A stretch of 36,868 nucleotides of DNA from a virus. Lineage: Duplodnaviria > Caudoviricetes. Shown here piece by piece: positions 31,538 to 36,868 of this stretch. The stretch's first letter is position 1. The number at the start of each line of letters is the position of its first letter. The translations under genes and the position numbers were made by a program. Below the pieces are notes generated by a model. The model saw only the letters and a program-made list of their open reading frames with translations. It made no database searches and was not told where the DNA came from. The stretch is taken from the IMG/VR virus record IMGVR_UViG_3300047557_000313, positions 1 through 36,868 of that record, one strand, 5' to 3'.

Positions 31538-33079
31538 TTATGCGTAGGTCAATTCAGCAGTAGTTACTCTGGACACCCATCGAATGTTTGTAGCAGCAGC
31601 ACCGGTTACTGTAATAGCAAGACCGCCATTCGTAGTGTCAGCTGACAAAGATACCGACCATGCTGACGCTCCAGATGTTGCACTCAGCTTATTAATGTTG
31701 AATGACCCAATTGATGTGCTTGCAGCATTGGCATCACGGATGATCGCTCCTTTGATCTCCCAGGCTGCATAATTGCTACCATCAGACGTTTTCTGCCTAG
31801 CAATGATGGTTCCAGTAAATGAAAAAGCACTGTTGTTAGGAAGAATGATCTGATTTGTTGCGCCTGGAGAACCACCACCAGCAGTCAACACTACCGCAGC
31901 TCCATTGGTAGTGCTACGCATCAATACATATCGACCAGCCTGTGCGTCTCCGGTTGTTGTAAACCTTTCTGACGATTGACTAATCTTGGCTAAAACATCA
32001 CTTTTAGCATACTGACCAAAAGCAACTGACGATTGCGCGTTTGTCTCATTACCAAGACCTGCACCAACAAACGAATAAGCTGCATTGGCAGTATTGTTCC
32101 ACCCACCAATTACTGCACTAACAGCACCCTGTGCAATGTTATTTTCACCACCAACAACTACATCTTTCTGAAATCTTGCCCATGAATTCAATCCGATTGA
32201 AATTGCGCTAGCAGCACCAGCACCATAACTACTTGATGTTGTAGCAACAGCAGCAGCAAACGAGTCACTGCCACTAGCCCTAGAACCAGAGAGCGCGGCA
32301 ACACCACCGCCACTTACAACTGCCGCACCAACACCAGCAGAGTTACGGCCAATCGAAATGCTGTCGCCGCCGCTATTAGTTCCAAAAATAGCTAGGCTAT
32401 TACCTCCAGAGCTATCGCATGAAGCAAGTACTCCGATGGCAACAGAGTTTGTTGCAACAGAGGCTACACTCCCACCACCGATCGAGGTTGAATTAGACCC
32501 ACTCGCAACAGAATTGTCACCAATCGCTACAGCGTTTGTGCCGCCAGCAGTTGGTGTTGTGGGAGTTGATGGATTCTCTTTATACAAACCCAGAGTGCTT
32601 GACACCCAAGATGTATTAAACCCATCAGTTGATAAATAGTTGCCTGTTTTACCGCTTTGCGATGGAAGCAAAGCATTTAGTGCATTATTTGCAGTAGTTT
32701 GTCCTGTGCCACCATTAGCAATGGCAAGCGCAGCAGACGCATCAGTCTTGATGCTTGACCCGTCCGCATATACAGATCGCTCTGCTGGATAGGTCACAAA
32801 TATTTCTTTTGACCCAGCACCCCAAGACACCGGAGTAGCAGGGGTCACACCGTTGCTTGACTCTAAAATTCCAGTCCTAGCTAGCGTGGTCCCAGACGCT
32901 GTGTAAGTGCCTAAACCAACTTCCCACTGAATCCCATCTGTTACAGCGTAGTAGGTTGTATTACCATCTCCGATCACAGAAAACGACTGATAACCAGTAA
33001 CAGCACCCGCAAGCGTATAAGTGCCGGTGCCTGTCGTGGTTGTCGTTTCTTTTACCCGATCTTTCAGGACGAGGGCCAT
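31538..33079 (-). CDS. Tail fibre / receptor-binding protein 1
   Basis: MALVLKDRVKETTTTTGTGT anchor domain, GGTG shaft motif, S.AIG repeats, C-terminal domain paralogous to 29488..30744. Confidence 0.8.
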   Translation of the reverse strand: MALVLKDRVKETTTTTGTGTYTLAGAVTGYQSFSVIGDGNTTYYAVTDGIQWEVGLGTYTASGTTLARTGILESSNGVTPATPVSWGAGSKEIFVTYPAERSVYADGSSIKTDASAALAIANGGTGQTTANNALNALLPSQSGKTGNYLSTDGFNTSWVSSTLGLYKENPSTPTTPTAGGTNAVAIGDNSVASGSNSTSIGGGSVASVATNSVAIGVLASCDSSGGNSLAIFGTNSGGDSISIGRNSAGVGAAVVSGGGVAALSGSRASGSDSFAAAVATTSSSYGAGAASAISIGLNSWARFQKDVVVGGENNIAQGAVSAVIGGWNNTANAAYSFVGAGLGNETNAQSSVAFGQYAKSDVLAKISQSSERFTTTGDAQAGRYVLMRSTTNGAAVVLTAGGGSPGATNQIILPNNSAFSFTGTIIARQKTSDGSNYAAWEIKGAIIRDANAASTSIGSFNINKLSATSGASAWSVSLSADTTNGGLAITVTGAAATNIRWVSRVTTAELTYA

Positions 33080-33091
33080 AACAGCATCCTA

Positions 33092-33514
33092 TCAGGCAAT
33101 CCGAATGATCGCGTTCGAGGCATCTGCGGTCGGGAACTGGACGACAAAATTGCCATTCGTGCTGGTCTTGTCAGATCCAAAGTCAAGCACGGCAATCGCT
33201 CGATTTGATTTGCTGCTGTTGTAGATCAATGCACCGCGAGCCGTAAACGATGCGCTCGACCAAGTGCTGTCTGAGAAGTCTACGAATGCAGTCGTACCGC
33301 TGGACGAGATTGTAGCCCCTGAGAGCGTATTTCCTCCAGTGGTGTACCCGTTACCATTAGCGACCTCGTTTGAGCTGCTATAGGTCGTTGTAGCAGCATC
33401 CAGGCTGGCAGACGAAGTGAATAGCGCGATCTTGATGGTATCAGTATCCAGATCGTGGATGCCACCAAGAAGCTCCGTCTTGAAGCTGGTGCACATTGCT
33501 TGAGTGATAGCCAT
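33092..33514 (-). CDS. Virion structural protein (140 aa)
   Basis: MAITQAMCTSFK.ELL.G.H...KIALF...GY..GG..L...ARGALIYN...VLDFG.DK pattern in the structural module. Confidence 0.7.
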   Translation of the reverse strand: MAITQAMCTSFKTELLGGIHDLDTDTIKIALFTSSASLDAATTTYSSSNEVANGNGYTTGGNTLSGATISSSGTTAFVDFSDSTWSSASFTARGALIYNSSKSNRAIAVLDFGSDKTSTNGNFVVQFPTADASNAIIRIA

Positions 33515-33517
33515 AAT

Positions 33518-34138
33518 TTACCTCTTTTGAACTGTCATAACCATCGGATTGCCAGAATACTCTGCCTGCTCATCCGATGTAGTAAGGTCTTGCAAGGATC
33601 GCTGAAACAATGCTGCCCACGTCTGAATCCTGGCATCATTCATCAGATATGGCTCTGCTTCTGTCAGCGCACCATAAAGCAGAAGATCCGGACAAACACT
33701 CGTAAACGTGTTTGTGCTCGTGCTGTCACTCAAAAACGTCGGTGCAGCGTAATACAACATCCACAACGTGTAATTGCTGTCAGCCACAGGAGCGAATTGC
33801 ATCTCCTCTGACAGGATTGTGTAGTAATTTGGCCTGCCGCTCTCAGTTGCACGAGCGTTGCGCGTAAATGATGCGGGAGACAGATACGCAATCGGTAAAT
33901 CAGGATTGCCATCCAGATAGAGATTACGCATCTGTAGGAAGTCGCTTGGCAACCCAACAGTAGAATCACCGCCGGTCATCGTCGTGCTAGACAGCTTCAG
34001 CATCTCACGGATGCGAAGCTGCCTACGCAGACGGATCTCAGCCAGCCGGATAAAGTCAGGGATCTGGCTAGTGAGATCGCTTCTTGCGAGATAGTTTGCG
34101 ACCGTCGTTTTGAGGTCGCTGTAGGTTGCTAGGGCCAT
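33518..34138 (-). CDS. Head-tail adaptor protein
   Basis: TYSDLK..VANYL.RSDLT..IPDFI.LAE.R..R.LR, LPSDFL, G.P.YY, PDLLLYGAL.EA.PYL.ND.R...W. Confidence 0.8.
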   Translation of the reverse strand: MALATYSDLKTTVANYLARSDLTSQIPDFIRLAEIRLRRQLRIREMLKLSSTTMTGGDSTVGLPSDFLQMRNLYLDGNPDLPIAYLSPASFTRNARATESGRPNYYTILSEEMQFAPVADSNYTLWMLYYAAPTFLSDSTSTNTFTSVCPDLLLYGALTEAEPYLMNDARIQTWAALFQRSLQDLTTSDEQAEYSGNPMVMTVQKR

Positions 34139-34787
34139 GCTTTACGTCATCCCATCCAAAGGTCTTGACGCCAATATGTCCGATGTGCATCGACAATTCA
34201 TGGTCAACATACACCGGAATGTCATTCTCCATGCACCGGACGCAGAATGTTACATCCTCACCGATGACATTGCCGTGATCAGTCCAAATGACATCAAACC
34301 ACGGCCTAGGGATCTTCTCGAAAACTTCCCTGTTGACAAGTGTAACCGCAAAACCAACAGCGGTCACCTGTTCAATACCCTTCTTGCCACGGCTTTCAAC
34401 CTTATGCCAGACCTGATACGGCTCACCAGTAGGCTGTCCGTTGAGCATTTCACGCTCGATCTTCAGGTTCAACGCAGTCGGCAGAATAGGCTCCCTGCGT
34501 GTTGTTGCATTCACTCCGCAGATCGGCACATTCCTGGCCTGCAAAATCTCCAGCGTATTGGCGGGAAATCGCTGATCTGAGTCAATCCAGAGCAGTTGAT
34601 CTGCTCCCCACTCCAGAGATTCCTGAGCCAATTTCTCACGCTGCGTAAAGATCAGCGTTCCTGGCATCTGCAATAGTTGTAGTTCGTTCTCGCCCCGTTT
34701 TGCCTCGTATCCGACCAACCTAGCAAGGTCAAAACAGAACCCGCTCATTACCTCGTCCCTGCATGGGACACAGATTGCAACCTTCAT
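34068..34787 (-). CDS. Glycosyltransferase (GT2/GT-A fold-like)
   Basis: KVAICVP, R..LA, DxD in LLWIDSD, VGF..TLV.REVFE...PWF, GED..FC, VYVD......HIG; AAGGAG RBS. Confidence 0.8.
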   Translation of the reverse strand: MKVAICVPCRDEVMSGFCFDLARLVGYEAKRGENELQLLQMPGTLIFTQREKLAQESLEWGADQLLWIDSDQRFPANTLEILQARNVPICGVNATTRREPILPTALNLKIEREMLNGQPTGEPYQVWHKVESRGKKGIEQVTAVGFAVTLVNREVFEKIPRPWFDVIWTDHGNVIGEDVTFCVRCMENDIPVYVDHELSMHIGHIGVKTFGWDDVKHGPSNLQRPQNDGRKLSRKKRSH

Positions 34788-34795
34788 GCTCCTCC

Positions 34796-35104
34796 TTAAA
34801 CGCTTCCTGGGTAAGTCCTCCAGACTCGGTTATCAGGGTCATTCAACCAAGCCTTAAATCGTTTTTCGTCTGTCACCATGAATCCACGCATGATGCCCAT
34901 CTTGTTTAGGACATCGATCACGGTGTTTGGGATTCTGGCGACATGAGTCATTACGCTATCGACCTTTTTGGTCGCATTCGCAACTTGCTGCTTGTTTGCT
35001 TCAATGATCTCAGTGACGTCCTGCTTGGTAGTCAGAACGATTTGATCATCTTCTAGCGTCGCTACGGTGTAGCGAGTGTCACTGATACTAAATAAGTCTT
35101 TCAT
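34796..35104 (-). CDS. Conserved head-module hypothetical protein
   Basis: QDVTEIIEANK, HVARIP..V, KAWLNDPDNR.WRT.PG; directly downstream of the major capsid gene. Confidence 0.7.
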   Translation of the reverse strand: MKDLFSISDTRYTVATLEDDQIVLTTKQDVTEIIEANKQQVANATKKVDSVMTHVARIPNTVIDVLNKMGIMRGFMVTDEKRFKAWLNDPDNRVWRTYPGSV

Positions 35105-35106
35105 GC

Positions 35107-35137
35107 AAAAAGAGGGAGCAGGTTGCCCCACTCCCTC
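35107..35137 (-). terminator. Intrinsic terminator after the major capsid gene
   Basis: GAGGGAGTGGG-GCAA-CCTGCTCCCTC-TTTTT: 11-bp stem, GNRA loop, U5. Confidence 0.85.
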
Positions 35138-35154
35138 CCATCAGTCATTGCTGA

Positions 35155-36099
35155 TTACAGAGCCGGATTCAGGTCAGCCACGATACCGTGAGCCGCCTCA
35201 TTCCGCATCTCCAGCGTGAACTCAGCAATAAGCTGGGTCTTCTCGCTGTCACCGGTCTTAGCCAAATCATTCGTCGCAAACGGACGCAGATACGCAATCG
35301 CGGCATACTCAGGATCGAGCAGCAGCGCATCACGAGTCCGCATGAAGCGATCCGGCGTAACCGACAGCGTACCGAAATCGCTCATATAAACGTCCGCAGC
35401 ACCGATAATGGTCGTCGGCTGATCACCAGGAGCCATATAACGCTGAGCAGCGATACCAGCGAAACTCGATACCTTCTGCTTCAGACCGCTGTTGACAACC
35501 AGCAGCTTCGGATTTCCACCCGAAACAAAGCACTCAGCAACTACGTCTTTGAGCAGCGTCTCGGTGAAGGTGCGGGTAGCACCATCCGAGCGAGTCGAGA
35601 CACCAATCGTCGTGGGATCAGTGCCAGACGTACCAGCAGAGGTATTGGTCTTCAGCCAGGACAGAATCGCACCGAGTTTACGAGCGGTCGTGGACGAGCC
35701 AGCAGTCTGCCCTTGGTTGGCAGTAATGATGGTCTCCATGTCGCGCTTCAGCTCAGACGCAGCCTTGGAAAGCTGATACGCCTTCTCCGACTTCCGGCCA
35801 GCCTTGTTAACGGCTTCCAGCGTGTTGGAGATGCTGATCGTCTTTTGAACGATCTGCGTATAGTTGCCAAGACGGGTGGTCGGGCTGATCGTGCTTGCAA
35901 CCGCGTCTGCACCTTCGACGGCCGCATTCGCCGTGGTCGCGGAGGCAAGTGAATCACTCTGCCACTCGTGATAAACCGCAGTCGCCTTCGTGCGAGCAAG
36001 GGTCGACAGAATCGGGGTTTCGGTAGGACTGATGTCGTAGATAACATCAATCAGGTCTTCGCGCATACCGATTGCGCTGTGTGCGGTAAAAGTGCTCAT
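35155..36099 (-). CDS. Major capsid protein (DUF5309/SU10-type, HK97 fold)
   Basis: G.REDL.D.IY.ISPTETP, HEWQ.D.L, NYTQI, ELKRDME, Y.SDFG, LAKTGDSEK..L.AE.TLE..NEAAHG; follows the scaffold gene and is followed by a terminator. Confidence 0.92.
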   Translation of the reverse strand: MSTFTAHSAIGMREDLIDVIYDISPTETPILSTLARTKATAVYHEWQSDSLASATTANAAVEGADAVASTISPTTRLGNYTQIVQKTISISNTLEAVNKAGRKSEKAYQLSKAASELKRDMETIITANQGQTAGSSTTARKLGAILSWLKTNTSAGTSGTDPTTIGVSTRSDGATRTFTETLLKDVVAECFVSGGNPKLLVVNSGLKQKVSSFAGIAAQRYMAPGDQPTTIIGAADVYMSDFGTLSVTPDRFMRTRDALLLDPEYAAIAYLRPFATNDLAKTGDSEKTQLIAEFTLEMRNEAAHGIVADLNPAL

Positions 36100-36110
36100 C
36101 TCAATAATCC

Positions 36111-36868
36111 TTACAAGAATCGTTCAAAAATGGCAGCAGCATCTCGTGCTTTGCCGGTCTTTTTCAGGACTTTGCGCTGATCACGGATTGACTGCTCCTC
36201 AACATTGACCGGCCTACTGGTTCCCGGTTTCAACACCTTCGGAGCCTCTGTCACCTTCTTCTGGATAGCAGGCTTTTGCGACACCAGTTTGTCGTATTGC
36301 GCGGCTTTCCAAAGAGTCAATACAGCGCGTGAATCGTAAACCTGGGCAAGTTCCTGATCCGTGAAACCGAGTTGTTTGGCGTAAGTCCTGATTTCGCCAC
36401 GAACGGCCTCACCTTTTTGTGGATCTGCAAACTCAGGGATCGCTTGAACCAGCTTCTGCTGTTCCTCGGCAACCAATTGCGCCAGTCTCTGCTGCTGCTC
36501 CGCTTGTTGCTGGTAGGCAATGCGTTGCTGTTCAGCTTGAACCGCTGCTAGTTGCTCTCGGCGCTGCTGTAACTCTGCGACCTTGACCGCATATCCAATC
36601 GGATCAGACTCTTTCAATGCCTCAAGGTTTTCGCCCTTTGACTGTTCTGCCAATACCTGCTGAATTGCTTGCAGACGCTCGGCATATTGGTCTCGGAGCG
36701 TTTTCGCCTGCTCGACAGCCTGTCTCTCTGCTTCCAGAGCCTTACGCTGTTCCGCGAGCGTTTGGGTTTTTTGCGTGTAATCAGTGCCAAGCTGGTAAGA
36801 CTTGATCAGTTCATCCAGAGTAACCTCGCGTTCCTCACCGGCTGCTTTCACCCGGTAGCGCGGAGGCT
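36111..36868 (-). CDS. Capsid scaffolding protein (3' part; 5' part at 135-294)
   Basis: VK..GEE.EVTLDEL...YQ...DYTQKTQ.LAE, Q/E coiled coil, IPEF.D, YDSR, K.LKKTG...DAA..F end; upstream of the capsid gene. Confidence 0.85.
   Translation of the reverse strand, partial: PPRYRVKAAGEEREVTLDELIKSYQLGTDYTQKTQTLAEQRKALEAERQAVEQAKTLRDQYAERLQAIQQVLAEQSKGENLEALKESDPIGYAVKVAELQQRREQLAAVQAEQQRIAYQQQAEQQQRLAQLVAEEQQKLVQAIPEFADPQKGEAVRGEIRTYAKQLGFTDQELAQVYDSRAVLTLWKAAQYDKLVSQKPAIQKKVTEAPKVLKPGTSRPVNVEEQSIRDQRKVLKKTGKARDAAAIFERFL
36734..36868 (+). repeat. Terminal direct repeat (circular-assembly overlap), copy 2
   Basis: Matches 1-134; this copy keeps the scaffold reading frame intact. Confidence 0.95.

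Noticed and set aside
29488-33079. Diversity-generating retroelement or invertible tail-fibre switch
   Set aside because: No reverse transcriptase or invertase; the paralogous tips are in direct orientation and differ at all base types, not only adenines.
35188-35952. 254-aa plus-strand ORF opposite the major capsid gene (likewise 26489..27169, 24918..25463, 28988..29497)
   Set aside because: Antisense shadow ORFs with non-protein-like composition.
1-36868. tRNA genes or stop-codon reassignment
   Set aside because: No cloverleaf with T-loop/CCA seen in the few intergenic gaps, and core genes are intact under the standard code.

Overview
This window is an apparently complete, circularly permuted genome of about 36.7 kb from a small tailed phage with a podovirus-type virion. 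Bases 1-134 repeat at 36734-36868, and the scaffolding gene reads across that join. Most genes lie on the minus strand. In transcription order they run: scaffold, major capsid, glycosyltransferase, adaptor, tail-fibre cluster, P22 gp10-like tail hub, ejection proteins, lysis genes (3TM holin, GH108 endolysin), zincin and metallophosphoesterase. A second minus-strand block runs from a Cro-like gene through nin-like genes, the replication region, a modular small-gene array, MazG-like, a glycosyltransferase/micropeptide/2OG-oxygenase/methyltransferase cassette, terS, terL and portal. A short plus-strand early operon (ERF, YqaJ exonuclease, mini-SSB, DUF3310) is transcribed divergently from the Cro-like gene. 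I recognise no integrase, CI repressor, DNA polymerase, helicase, tRNA or CRISPR array. The strongest unexplained signal is in the replication region. The O-like initiator is reduced to its C-terminal domain, and where its DNA-binding half would sit there is a ~370-nt apparently non-coding stretch. That stretch is dense in hairpins and long-range loop pairings whose G-U wobbles work on the minus strand, and a promoter-driven pseudoknotted leader lies further upstream. Other highlights are a terminator/antiterminator switch at the early/late boundary and a chain of translationally coupled Lys/Pro-rich micropeptides among hydroxylase and glycosyltransferase genes. All functional calls come from motif recognition by eye; no database searches or folding programs were run.
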